A DNA stretch of 62,132 bases, filler included. It is 8 parts of 8 records of this genome, joined end to end, with 100 filler letters (N's around TTAATTAATTAA, not from the genome) between each part and the next. Parts side by side here need not be neighbours in the genome. Positions count along the whole stretch, not along the records: positions 1 to 3,436 come from SRR7504441_5603; positions 3,537 to 8,054 come from SRR7504441_5604; positions 8,155 to 18,966 come from SRR7504441_5606; 5 more parts are not named here. One strand, written 5' to 3'. The notes under the pieces are model-generated. The model ran no database searches, was not told the DNA's origin, and saw only the letters and a program-made list of their open reading frames with translations. This document shows positions 1 through 11,100 of the stretch, piece by piece; position 1 is the first letter of the stretch; each line of letters starts with the position of its first letter. The position numbers and the translations under genes are program-made.

Positions 1-382
1 CCGGATGTCCCGCAGCCGAGACTTGTAGTGGTCCATGTCGCGGCTTGGCATTGCTGCGCGGACTAGGCGGCCAGCGTGGCCCCACGGGTGGGCTGGGCTG
101 ACGCCGGACCGGACTGGGCCTGCGCGCGCATCCTTCTGCAGCAAGGGCACCCTGCGTGAAGAGCAACGGCGCCGCAAAGTCTGTTTTTGTCTTGTCTTCC
201 GTTGGAGTCTTCTGGTGGCCAGAGATGGCTGAAGTACAAGAGGAGATCGGTGCTGTATTAACATAAGTAAATGCAAGCTCGCAAGCTCTGATGCGAACGA
301 TGCCGGCAGTTTAAGGTCTGGTTGAGCGGAGCGCCATAACGTTGCCTCACGAGTATTCGTACGGATACGTACGCAGGCCTGA

Positions 383-1191
383 TCAATCGAGCTTTAACTC
401 GCCCAACCAGGCGATAAGCATCTCTAGCTCGGCCGCCGAGTGCTCGCAGTGCTTTAGCCCTGCCGCCAAGCTCGCCACCCCCCAGCCCGCGGCTACCTGG
501 CTCCACGTGCAGTCTCACCCGGCGGAAGCCCGCAGCCAGTAGCCGTGCCCATCCTTGCAGTGCCAGCCCCACCCCAATCACCTCATCACTCGCCCCGTGG
601 AACGCGAACACCCGAAGATCCGCCCGCTCTGCCCGCACCGAACTCCCGCTGTACAGCTGCCCGAAGGAGGCGTAGACCCCTGCCCGCCGGTCAAGCCGGC
701 ACAGGCCGCCTCCTCCCACCGCCGATCGTCGCCGGGAAGCTCAGTGCAGCGTCTAGCGCCGTGCAGCAGCCTTGGGAGGCGCCACCAATCACTAGCCGGC
801 GGGGATCTCCCCCGAGCCTCGCTATCTCCTGCTGCATCAGTCGGTGCAGGAACGCGCGCGACTGGGTTAGATGGCCGTAATCTATTTCCTCTTCTATCTC
901 CGGCTCCTCGGCCTCCGCCCCGCCATGATCTGTGAAGTAATCGTGCCAGCTGTTGTAGACGTGCTCTCCCGGGCCGTAGCAGCTGTGCGGCCGGGCTGGG
1001 GCGGTGGGGCACACCCAGCGGGCCGACCCAAGCACATCAGGAGCCCGGGCCACCAGCTCGGTGATCCAGTCGCGCCAGGCGTCCCCGTGCCCGGTGAACC
1101 CGTGGAGCAGGATCAGCGTGAGGGTCGGAGCCGCCCCAGCGCTCGGGTCGATCGCCACGACCTGGAACCCCTCGCTTTCACAAGCCGCCAT
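383..1191 (-). CDS. Phospholipase/carboxylesterase (acyl-protein thioesterase-like alpha/beta hydrolase); exons 1191-720, 679-497, 459-383
   Basis: Motifs LLHGFTG, WVCPTAP, nucleophile elbow GASQG, acid in FHGASDEVI, catalytic His in GLKHCEHS. Removing GT-AG introns 719-680 (40 nt) and 496-460 (37 nt) gives a full triad and a TGA stop. Confidence 0.9.
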
Positions 1192-1273
1192 GGCCTTCCG
1201 TTAATAATAATAATAAACAAATTCGCGGGCCAGAAGCGTTGCAGGCTCCTTGCGTGGGTACAGGCGGCGGCAG
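1192..1273. promoter_or_regulatory. Putative bidirectional promoter (82 nt) with an AT-rich (TAA)n tract
   Basis: Head-to-head ATGs at 1191(-) and 1274(+). TTAATAATAATAATAAACAAATT at 1201-1223 sits in otherwise GC-rich DNA. Confidence 0.55.
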
Positions 1274-2300
1274 ATGGTGCTGGTGGAGGACTACACGGCG
1301 GTGGACGCGGCGGAGGACGCCAAGTCGCAGGGCAACATGGCCTTCCAGCGCAAAGACTACCAGCAGGCCATCAAGCAATACACCCGGGCGATCGAGGTTC
1401 GGACCGACTCTGTCTTGCATGTCTATTACTCCAACCGGTCCGCCTGCCACCTGGCCCTCAAGGTGCCCGCCCAACCCCGCCAAGCTCACCTGCCCCCAGG
1501 ACTGGGAGGCTGGCCTGGCCGACGCCTCTCACTGCGTCAGCATCAACCCTGGCTTTGTCAAGGGCCATTTCCGGCGGGTGGTCGCCCTTTGCGAGCTCGG
1601 CCGGCTGGACGAGGCGCGCGAGGCGATCTGGACCACCAAGCAGCTCGAGCTCTCGCCCGGCGAGGTGACCGACCTGGTCAAGCTGGAGGCTACCCTAGCG
1701 GCCGCCGAGGCCGATCCGGACAGAAGGCCGGACAGCGGGTCGGAGCTGGGCTGCAGCTGGGACGCGGGCGACCTCGGGTTTGAGCTGAAGCGGCAAGGGA
1801 ACGAGGAGTTTAAGGTGGGTCACTTTGACGCGGCGGTGCAGTACTATACGGAGGCGATCACTAGGCTCGATCGGGAGGGTCTCGATGTGCGTGTGGCCGT
1901 GGAGTGAGAACTGAGTGGTCGGCAGGTGGAGGTCGGGGTGGTGCACAACAATAGAGCAGCCTGCTGGCAGCAGCTAGGAGAATACCAGCGTGTGATCGAG
2001 GACTGCGACAGCGCGCTGGCGGCTCTGCCAGGGAACGTGAAAGCGCTGATACGGCGGGGTCTGGCACGCGAGGCGCTCGAGCTGTACCAGCCCGCGCTCG
2101 AGGACATGACGGCAGCCATCCGGCAGGAACCGCGGTCCACAATTGCAGCACAGGCCCGGAGTCGGTTGCAAAAGCTGCTCAAGGCGAGGCAGGAGGAGTT
2201 TGTGATTGTTCCTCCAGATAGTCCTTCGGCGGAGGAAGTCCATGCTGGTTGGGGCGCTTCGAGCATGTGGATTAACAACATCGACGAGCTAACCATCTAA
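1274..2300 (+). CDS. TPR-repeat protein with two TPR clamp domains (co-chaperone-like); exons 1274-1462, 1500-1886, 1926-2300
   Basis: AKSQGNMAFQRKDYQQAIKQYTRAI/YSNRSACHL and LKRQGNEEFKVGHFDAAVQYYTEAI/NNRAACWQQL/KALIRRGLARE. GT-AG introns 1463-1499 and 1887-1925 join three ORF-track fragments in frame. Confidence 0.9.
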
Positions 2301-2485
2301 TGTACTGCAACTTCTCTCGTATGTCTCGGGTAAAGTGATGTATAGGGAGCCCTTTATAGGTCTATTGATTAATTAAAAATGACACGCGATTGCACGCTTT
2401 CATGCAGCTCAAGTCGCTCAAGTCTTGCCAGTGCAATTGCTGCAATCATGTACTTGTTATGAAATCACAGTCCGTTTCGCTCAGC

Positions 2486-3436
2486 TCACATGAGCGCACA
2501 CTGCGACATGCACTTCTTCTGTTGGGTCTCCTCTGGCACAAGCTGACCCACCCATTAGCCTGCCAACACCCAGAGCTCACACCTCGAATTCCTCCACAAC
2601 CTCGGACCGTTTCTCCGGCTCGACCAGCGACACGTCCTGGAGCCCAACCCCCGCGGCCTCTTCAGCAGGCGACTCATCCGCCCGGCGCTTTTCCTGCTCG
2701 AGCGCTTCCTCCAACTCCGCGGCCAGCGAAGCCTCGCGGCCACGTTGCCAGGCCTCGCGAGGTGTGAGCACTGCCTCCTCTGGCTCAGCTGCCTGCTCCT
2801 CTGCCAACTCGCCTCCCTCAGCACCCGTACTATCCATCACTGCCTCTTCACTCTGCTCAGACGCTTCATCCAGCGGCTCCGTGTCATCGTCATTGGCGGG
2901 ATCCTGCTCAGGCGACGCAAGGATATCTGCCAGATCGCCCTCATCGCTTGCCGAGCCTTCATCAGCCTGTGATATCGAATCCCCCCAGATTTGTTCAATC
3001 TGCTGCTGCTCATGTGAGCTGCATGGCGATGCTTCCTCGTCATGCTCCTTCATCGGCTCCATAAATAGCCCGGATGGCTCGCCCCCCTCGTCAGATGAAG
3101 CAACGTCCACCATTGGCTCATTCACAGGTGGAGACGACGTCATCATCGACGCCCAAGCCTGCTCTGCCACAGACAGACGAGGCGTCGGCTCGTCATCCGG
3201 GTTTGGCAGAGGCCCCTCATCGAGCAGACCGCCGTCTATTTCGCCATCGGGAGCATCGGGCGTCTCGGCTTCCTTGGTCATGACATCTTCCAGTTCTGCT
3301 GCTGCATCCTCTCCTGCATCTGGCTCCTGCTCCTCCTCCTGTGCTTCCTGCTCCTCCGGTGCTGGTGCTGCCTCCTTTTCCTCTGGTGCATCCGTCTCTT
3401 CTGGCGCCTCCTCCTCCTCCTCCTCCTCCTGCTGCT
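2486..3436 (-). CDS. Acidic (Glu/Asp/Ala/Pro-rich) disordered protein, 5'-truncated, ending in a CaaX box (CALM)
   Basis: Frame is open from the contig edge. GT-AG intron 2582-2543 (40 nt) adds the last exon LVPEETQQKKCMSQCALM*. Confidence 0.75.
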
Positions 3437-3536
3437 NNNNNNNNNNNNNNNNNNNNNNNNNNNNNNNNNNNNNNNNNNNNTTAATTAATTAANNNNNNNN
3501 NNNNNNNNNNNNNNNNNNNNNNNNNNNNNNNNNNNN
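3437..3536. other. Synthetic contig linker
   Basis: 44 N + TTAATTAATTAA (stops in all six frames) + 44 N. Confidence 0.98.
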
Positions 3537-3665
3537 GCCGATGTCGATCGTGCCGTCGCGGACCGGTGGACCAGCGGCTGCCGTTTGATCGGCGAAGTCG
3601 GGCCGGGCCTTGCGCGGGTGGAAGAGGGCGTTGACCAGCAGCGGGTGGTCCAGCAGCCCGTCCAT
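3537..3665 (-). CDS. N-terminal fragment of a probable alpha/beta hydrolase (3'-truncated by the linker)
   Basis: MDGLLDHPLLVNALFHPRKARPDFADQ... runs into the gap. LD-P---LFHPR resembles the N-terminus of a group of alpha/beta hydrolases. It is missing from the ORF track because it is short. Confidence 0.45.
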
Positions 3666-3820
3666 AGGCTGTGTGTGCCGGCTGCAGCACGCCTTTCAAG
3701 AATTGATCAATTCAAGGACCGCCGGCGCGGAGCTCAAGTGGTGGAGGAGGAGTCCACGGGAGCCCCAAGAATGGTGATAGGGTGATGAGATGAGCCGACC
3801 TTAGAGCGGGGCGGCGCGCG

Positions 3821-6800
3821 ATGCAGGCGGACGCGCGGGCGGCGGCGGTGCTCCGGGAGATGGAGGCGCACCAGGCCCGCCGGCCGGCCGGCACTCGGCT
3901 CACCCGCCCGCAGGCCCTGGTCAGGCTGATCAGCTCGCCCAAACCGCGGGCAATGGAGCCTCGGCGCAGCTGGAGCCCCGAGAGAGACCAGCTGAGCGAG
4001 CCGGCCGACCCACTCAAGCAGCCGCCCAGGGAACAACTCACCGAGCCGACTGAAGGTGCCTGGGGCTGTGCACTGGCCCCAACTCGGGCCCCAGGACCGA
4101 GCCCGCAGTCCGGCCAATTCGCAGATTTCCGGAGGTCAAAACTGTCGGCCACCCGTCAGGTGCTGGGTCTGGTGAGGCGCTGGGGTGAGCCGGGTGGCAG
4201 ATGCTAGAGTCCGCCGAGCTGAAAGTGAGTGAAGCCCATCGGGACTTGATGCACAAGCAGGTGAGCAATCTTGGCGAGCGCCCGGCCAGACTTTTGGACG
4301 CAGGCGCTGCAAAACGACGTGGAAGCCATGTTTGTGAAGAGCTCGCTGGTGGAGGAAGCCCAGTGCGATGATTGGAGACAGTTTGCAGCTGCATGGCTCC
4401 TCCGCTGCTTTGCTAGGGGACGGCACAAGAGCATGGTGCTGAGGTGATCATGTGTGCTCCGTAGTTTTGCCTGACAGCGCGCATGCAGTCTGATTGCGAC
4501 CTGGAGGAGCAGCAATCTGCGGATAAAGGGCAAAGGCTTCAAATTGTACGTTGCCAGGAGCACAGCCCGAGTGGGCCGAGTGCGGGTCCTGCAGTCGCTT
4601 CGGATTTGGAAGGGAGAAGTGGCCTGCTGGAGGCGAGAGCTGGACCACGGACTCAAGAGCGTCCAGCAGCACAAGTTAGACAAGCAGTACAAAAAAATCC
4701 AGGAGACTAAGAGGAGGCTGGCAAGTGAGTTGCAGTCCAACGGGACGTGGAAGCTGGTTTTGAGACACACTCTGATCCAGAAGTACCGAGAGCCAATGCA
4801 AGCGGCACTAGTGTCGTGGTTCCATTCATATCACAAGGAAAGAGCAGAAATCGGCCGGCAGCAGGTGATTGGCATCTACCAACTGCAGGAGAGAGTGTCA
4901 CGGTTCCATTGGAGACGCCAATCCCTAGTCTTAAGCTGGCTGAAATCAACCCGTGAAGCTCGGCACAGCCGCGAGATCGCTCAACAGATTAAGACGATGG
5001 GGCTCTCGAAATTACAGAACTGCCTTCTTGTGTTTGCCAGCTGGGAGCAGCGGGTGTGTCTCATAAATTGGTCAGCAGCAACTGCAGCTGGTCGAGGCGA
5101 GTATATGAAGTTGGCTGTGCAAGCTGCCCAAGCAGTGGCCGCCTGCGAATCTCTCCAGCAGCTGCAGGACGCCAACACTGCCCATTTAGCCAGGCAGACG
5201 CTAATGCGAGCTTTATGTTGCGTGCTTCAAGCTAAAGCCACAACCTTGATCAAGGCCATTCACAGCCTCCTGTTCAACTGGTACAAGGCAGCGCAGCGCC
5301 ACTCCCGGGCCATGTGGCAGCTTGACTGTGTGTTGCGTGCCAACCAGTTCCGGGCGGTGTGGAAAGTAGATACTGTACTTCTGTCTCGGCATCGTCGTAG
5401 GCTGCGGGTATATACTGCCAGGTGGTACCAGCAGGCCGTAGATGCAAGGTGGGCTAAAAGCTACAGCGACGCCTTGACGGATGTCGAGGCTCAAGTGGCC
5501 TCAGAGACGCGTGTTCAGGCTATTATGCAGATGCAGCGTGTTCTTGGTAGCGACATGCGTCAACAAGAGCTGCGGCAATCTGCCGGGCAGTGGAGACTCA
5601 ATACTGTTCGGGCTCGGCACCGGCGCGACTTAGAAACCACCAAGGCTCATATATCATGGGCGTCCCACATTAGAGAATTCCAGCACTGGGGTATGATCAG
5701 GCTCCAAAATTGGGTGCTTGCACAGCAATGGCGAAAATTCCACCGGTGTTTGAACACGTGGTTCAAGAATTCATGCCAGTCTACCAGAGACATCATGGTG
5801 GCACAATATCAGTGCAATAAGGCAGTGATTGCCGCGCAGTATGAAGCCAGCCTGGACGACTATGAGGCCAGCCTTGAGGCCGCTCGAGAAGTTCACACAC
5901 AAGCACTCGTAGCGCACGACATAGGCTTTAGGGCTGTGTGCAAGTTGCTATGGACAATGAGGATTGGTCAAGTCCGCAACTTTCGGCTGTACATTAGCCG
6001 GTGGATCAAGGCCGCGTTGGCTTCCAAAAGGAGTGCAATGCTACAGAGTGGGACGCGCCAAAGGGCTGTGAAGATCTTAGACTTGGTGTTCCACTTCCAG
6101 CATCACAGAAGGTCAGCAAGCATTCTGAGGGCTTGGAAAGACACAATGGTCCTAACCACCAGGAGCACGCGCACACTAGCAACAGAGTCAGTGCAGCATG
6201 GGTTGCAACGGCTGAGGGTGGTCATGCGAATTTGGCAAAATCAACGCATCCAAGCATCTGTTGTCGGATGGAGCAGAAATGCTGTCAGCTCGCGTTTCGA
6301 GCGCCTCAGCCAAAGCTCCGCAGTGCGCAGGGCTGAAATTGCTGCCCAACACCAGTTAGAGCTTCAAGAAGCGGCTTCCAGCCTGGAAAGTGAGTTAGGT
6401 GCCCGTGGGAGGCAAATCAATGCGCTATGCATAATGCAATGGTCGTTAAGACAGCAAGAGAGGCGCCTTACCCGGCAATGTACATATAAGTGGGCAGAGG
6501 CCGTGTTTGAATCTATGAACGAAGCACAGGCCCCTCCTCTGCAAGCTCACGTGGCCTCAAGACTGCGTTCGGTATTAAGGGGAATTTGGTATCAGAGGCT
6601 CCAGGCAGCAGTAGCTACTTGGTCAAAAGCGGCTGTTGAAGCGCAGCACATTCAGGCAATGGCCCGATCGGTTCTCCAGCCGGATGAATCCTCAAAAATG
6701 CTACTACAGCTCCACTGGCGCCTTGCAACGAAGGTGGCGCAAGAGAAGCCAGCCTCTCGTAGTCGGAAGGTGGTCACAATCAAAGAGGTACTAGATTCGG

Positions 6801-6970
6801 CGCTCAAAGGCAAGATCCGACCGGGAATGGTGATCACCGAGATCAATGGCACCGCAATCGAAATGCTTAGCAGCAACGTGGTCCTGGCAAAGATCAAGTC
6901 TGCTGGGCGCCCCCTAACCATTACGTTCCAAACTCAAAGAGTACGGTTTGCAGACCAACTAGAGCATTGA
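3821..6970 (+). CDS. Sfi1-like Trp-repeat helical protein with a C-terminal PDZ domain; exons 3821-4159, 4201-4260, 4304-4443, 4489-6970
   Basis: GT-AG introns 4160-4200, 4261-4303 and 4444-4488 link into the 808-aa ORF. About 12 basic helical repeats end in W (e.g. RLRVVMRIWQNQRIQASVVGWSRN). PDZ-like C-terminus KIRPGMVITEINGTAI...KIKSAGRPLTITF. Confidence 0.7.
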
Positions 6971-7199
6971 TTCAATAATAAAAAGAAGATGCAACCAATC
7001 TACGTAACATTATAGCACGAGTACGATTTAACGTATCGTAAACGTATCGTTTACCGTGTATTTACTGCACGTGCGACTACCCTATTGCAATTGGGGCTAA
7101 CCTGAACCACACCACTAGTGCAATTCGACCAAAATCGGCCCAAAATCCATGGCAGACGTAGTGCAGCAACACCCCGCACCCCCCATCGTAACCCACCTC

Positions 7200-7922
7200 T
7201 CACGCCGCGAACACCCTTTCAAGTTGTTCCAAGGCGTCAAAATTGTCGTTGTTCACCACGTACACGCCTGCCTCCACCTCCTCCTTGATCTCCTCCCGAT
7301 GGAACATGAACCTCCACTCCAGAAAGTCTTTGTAGTTCTCCTCGTTCCCTCTGTACTCTGGCCCGTACCGCTCGCGGCACATCTTAAATCGCTCCCCCTC
7401 GTCCTCGCGCCAAAGTGTCTCGTGGATCATCCCGGCCTCAACCTCCCTCTGCAAGAACCGCTCCTTCAGCAGTGCGCGCGTGACCTCAACCTCCACGACC
7501 TTACAGTTGTGTGGCCCTCCGGGGAACACGGCCCGCAGCAGCTCCAGCGTCCACGGCTGGTAGCAGTGGTACGCAAACACGATCTTGTGCTTGTTTGTTG
7601 CCACCATCTCCTCCTTCAGTCTATGAAACACGCCGGTGAAATGCGGCTCCCAGGCCGCTCTAATCTCGGCTGCGTGCTGCCTCACCTCCTCGACCAACTT
7701 ATCGTTGCCCAACGTGCCGCGCATCATGCCCATCACCTCGAACTTCTGGGCGGCCTCCATCATGCTCCGCTCGAGCTCCGGGTTCGCCTTTCGGAACTCG
7801 TCGCCGTCTATCGAGTGCCAGCCCTGGTCGGCGTACTTTTCGGCGATCTGCTGGCACAGGGTTGTTTTCCCGCTCGCGTTGTGCCCGGTCACGTAGACGA
7901 CTTGCAAGCTCGGAGCGTCCAT
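7200..7922 (-). CDS. P-loop nucleoside/sugar-acid kinase-like protein (gluconokinase/AAA_33 type), apparently intronless
   Basis: N-terminal strand plus Walker A VVYVTGHNASGKTTL, followed by WHSIDGDEF. ATG at 7922. Confidence 0.75.
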   Translation of the reverse strand: MDAPSLQVVYVTGHNASGKTTLCQQIAEKYADQGWHSIDGDEFRKANPELERSMMEAAQKFEVMGMMRGTLGNDKLVEEVRQHAAEIRAAWEPHFTGVFHRLKEEMVATNKHKIVFAYHCYQPWTLELLRAVFPGGPHNCKVVEVEVTRALLKERFLQREVEAGMIHETLWREDEGERFKMCRERYGPEYRGNEENYKDFLEWRFMFHREEIKEEVEAGVYVVNNDNFDALEQLERVFAA

Positions 7923-8054
7923 AGTCGTAGTAAGACCTCTGGGTGGCACTACAGTCAGCGCATTCTGGGTCCAGTCACCAGGCCGAGGGCTGCGGTGGGC
8001 TCGGAGCGTGGCCTCTGTACGTGAACAGCACCTGCCCCCCCATTCCTCCCCGGC

Positions 8055-8154
8055 NNNNNNNNNNNNNNNNNNNNNNNNNNNNNNNNNNNNNNNNNNNNTT
8101 AATTAATTAANNNNNNNNNNNNNNNNNNNNNNNNNNNNNNNNNNNNNNNNNNNN
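8055..8154. other. Synthetic contig linker
   Basis: Same 100-nt N/TTAATTAATTAA/N spacer. Confidence 0.98.
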
Positions 8155-8155
8155 A

Positions 8156-11100
8156 TTGGCACTGCTGTCTAGCGACGGCAGCGACGCCCTTCCGATAGAG
8201 CTCCGAAGCTCAGAGAACGGTCCGCTGGGCTGCGTCGAGCGAGGTCTGACTGTGCAGCGTGTTGCAGCGGCGGCCCCACGAAGCGTGCTTCTCGAGACGG
8301 CAGCGGCCCAGCCAATGAGTGGCGACGCTGAAGCCGCCGCTAGCACTGCGAGGACGCTGGTAGAGGAGAAGCAGTCCGACGCGGACTTGGTGCTCTCTCC
8401 CAGGCGAAACCGGGGGCGAGCGGGGGTGGTGCAGTTCGCTGGGAAGGTGAAGAAGCTGGACCGGGAGCTGGTGCAGGCCAAGGAAGGTCGACAGACGATG
8501 GTCGACAGGGTGCAGAGCCTGGAGGCCGAGCTGGGCGCACTCCAGAAGGAGGTGGACGAGGTCAACCAGCGGTCCGCTGCGCTCGAGAAAGATCCTAACA
8601 GCACCGAGGAGGCTAGAGACACAGCCATCCGCAAGGTGCCGGCCGGCTGAATCGGGTCACGAAGCAGCGGGCAGGCGGCTGATGTGGAGAGCAAGGCCGA
8701 GATTACGCGGGCAAAGCTTGACAAGGCGAGGATGGCCCTTGACCAGCGGTCGCAGGAGGCAGGCAGCTTGGAGGACCGACGGCAGGAGCAAGCTAACCAG
8801 CTGGCCAAGCTGCGCGCCGACCTAGTCGTGCTGAGAACCAACGCGGCGGCGACCCGCTCGAAGGCCGATCACATCCAGCAGGAGCAGGCCAACAAATTGC
8901 AGCAGCAGGTGGACATGCTTGAGAAGACGAAGGTAGTCCAAGAGCGCGAGCAGGCTCAAAAGCTATCTCGGGACAAAGTCCGGCAAGCCGAGAAGCAGAC
9001 CGCTGATGAGCGGACTGAGGCAATGCGGCAAGAGCTGGAGAATCTGAGGACTGAGCGTGACCAAGCCAACCAGATCGCCCGCCAAGCAAAGATGCAAGTG
9101 GCCGACGCACAGGTAGAATCCAAGAAGGCTGAGGGCCTGGCGCTGGCGACGAAGGCGCAAAGCGAGGTGGACGATATCCGGGCGGCAGCTAGTGGGGCAG
9201 ACATGGAGGCAATTCTGCAGAGTAAGCAGGTCCAACAGCTTCAGTTGGCACAGAACAAAGCAAAGCAGCAGGCGGCCAAGCAGGCGCTGGCAGCCGAGGA
9301 GGCGCTCGAGCAGCTGACCCAGGAGCGGGCGCACGGCAATATCGATTCGATCCGTTCAAAGCTGGCTAGGACGAAGCTGGAGCGGAGGAGCATGCATCGG
9401 GCATGGCTGCGGGCCAAGAGTCAGCTCGAGCAGCATCGGATTAAAGTGCGCCAGATGGCGGCAGCGCTGGAACGAGGCGAGACTGTCCAGGGGCTGCACA
9501 ATCAGTCGTTCTACTGGAGCCAGATGGACAGCCAAGTTGGGTTCCTCAAGCGACAGGAGCAGCTGATGGAGGCTGAACAGAAGCGAGAGCACACCAAATA
9601 TAGACGGGCCAAGCAGGCCGAGCAGGCAGCCGAGAGCAAGCTTTCCAGTGAGCGGGAGCAGCTGGTTCAGAAGCAGCTGGAACTTAAGCAGTTCCAGCAC
9701 CAGCTTGGGGCGGAGAGCAGCAAAATCACACTCAGCGGGCAGAGCGAGGCACGTGTCCGGCAGATTCTAATCGAATATCAGCAAAAGCTGGCCAACGCCA
9801 AGGATAAGCTCCAGGCACTGATTGCTGAGGCAAAATCAAACGGCCGCGACTACGCCCAGAAGACTGCAGCAGAACAGAGAACGGAACAGGCGCGGCAGAA
9901 GCAGCTGGCTAGCAAGATTGCGACAGCCACCGCCCAGCTGACCAGCGAGGAGAGCAAGTTAAGCAAGTTGCGGCGTGAGCGCGACAATGAGCAGAACAAG
10001 ATTGATGAGCTGCAGGCGGAGGCAAAGCAGCAGAGGTCACTGCCGCTGACCAAGCAAGTTGACAATGAGGCAACTGCCGAGGCAAAGGTGGACAAGACGA
10101 AGGCTGGCCAGCTGCAGCGCGACTCGATGGCCCAACTGGAGGCAGCCAACCAGCAGCGAAGCAAGATTGAGACCCTGAGACAAGAGCTGCAGACTGTCCA
10201 AGACCAGGCTGCCGCTGGGCGGGAACAGCAGGCAGGCGCCGAGGCAGCCGAGGACCGACTGCTCCAGTCTCAGTTGAGCAAGGCGGTTCAAGAGCACGGG
10301 CAGAACCAGGCCTCACTGTCGGAGGAGCAGGCCAGGCTTGAGCAGCTGGAGGGTGATGTGAGCACAGCACTGCTGGCCATGCAACGGGCCAAGGCTGTCC
10401 AAGAAGCGGCCGACTCGCGACTGGTTCAGCTCAAAGGACAAAACCAAGCTGAGGCGGCAGAGGCTAGACAGGCTGCAGCCTCAGATGCCGAGCTAGACAA
10501 AAGAGAGCAGCAGATGCTGCAGCTGCAGCTAGAGAAGGCTGAGAGCCGTGCGGACCAGGCCAGGCTGACTGCTGCTCAGAGTGAAAGCCCTGCAGCTAAG
10601 AGCGCGGCCAAGGGGCTCGCAGCTACTGTGGTCGGGATGCAGAGAATGATGAACGCGCAGGCTCGGCTCACGGCGGAGAAGGCAGCAACTGCCAAATCAG
10701 CCACAGAGTCAACAATACAGGCCACTGCCAGCCAGCTGAGCACGGCGATAGCGGATCGTGACACAGTCGCAGCAAGCCTTGAGCAGGCAGTCGCCCAACA
10801 CAGGACAGCGGCCAATGCGCTCGCAGCACAGAAGGTGAGAGTCCAGCAGTCTCAGCTTCAGGCTGCAACCAGCCAGCAGGCAGTTGCCAGGGCAGAGCAT
10901 CAGCTGGCAACCCGGACCGCTGTACAACGGGCCGTTGTTGAGCAGCGGCTAGAGGTGGCAGTACGGCAGCAGGCGGCTGAAGGTTCACGGGCCAGGACTC
11001 AGGCAGTGGTGGTAGAGCAGCTGCAGGCCAAGCTCAAAGCACTCCATGTGGCTGAGCACAAGGAGCAGATTGACTTGGCAGCCAAGAAGAGCCAACTAAA

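Noticed and set aside
1-51. Possible minus-strand gene start MPSRDMDHYKSRLRDIR
   Set aside because: Only 17 codons before the window edge; not enough to support a call.
2369-2376. Natural TTAATTAA (also 24802-24809) as a bidirectional poly(A) signal
   Set aside because: Only two exact instances, in AT-rich spacers, which is insufficient without 3'-end data.
3481-3492. TTAATTAATTAA recurring seven times as a possible biological repeat
   Set aside because: It is always centred in exactly 44+44 N, so it is an artificial all-frame-stop linker. ORFs ending in X...LIN are artefacts.
2764-3492. Ser-rich plus-strand ORF and the many antisense ORFs over the coiled-coil genes (e.g. 15349-16236, 52992-53807, 7149-8024)
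   Set aside because: They are shadow frames of GC-rich, biased-codon genes on the opposite strand and have no independent motifs.
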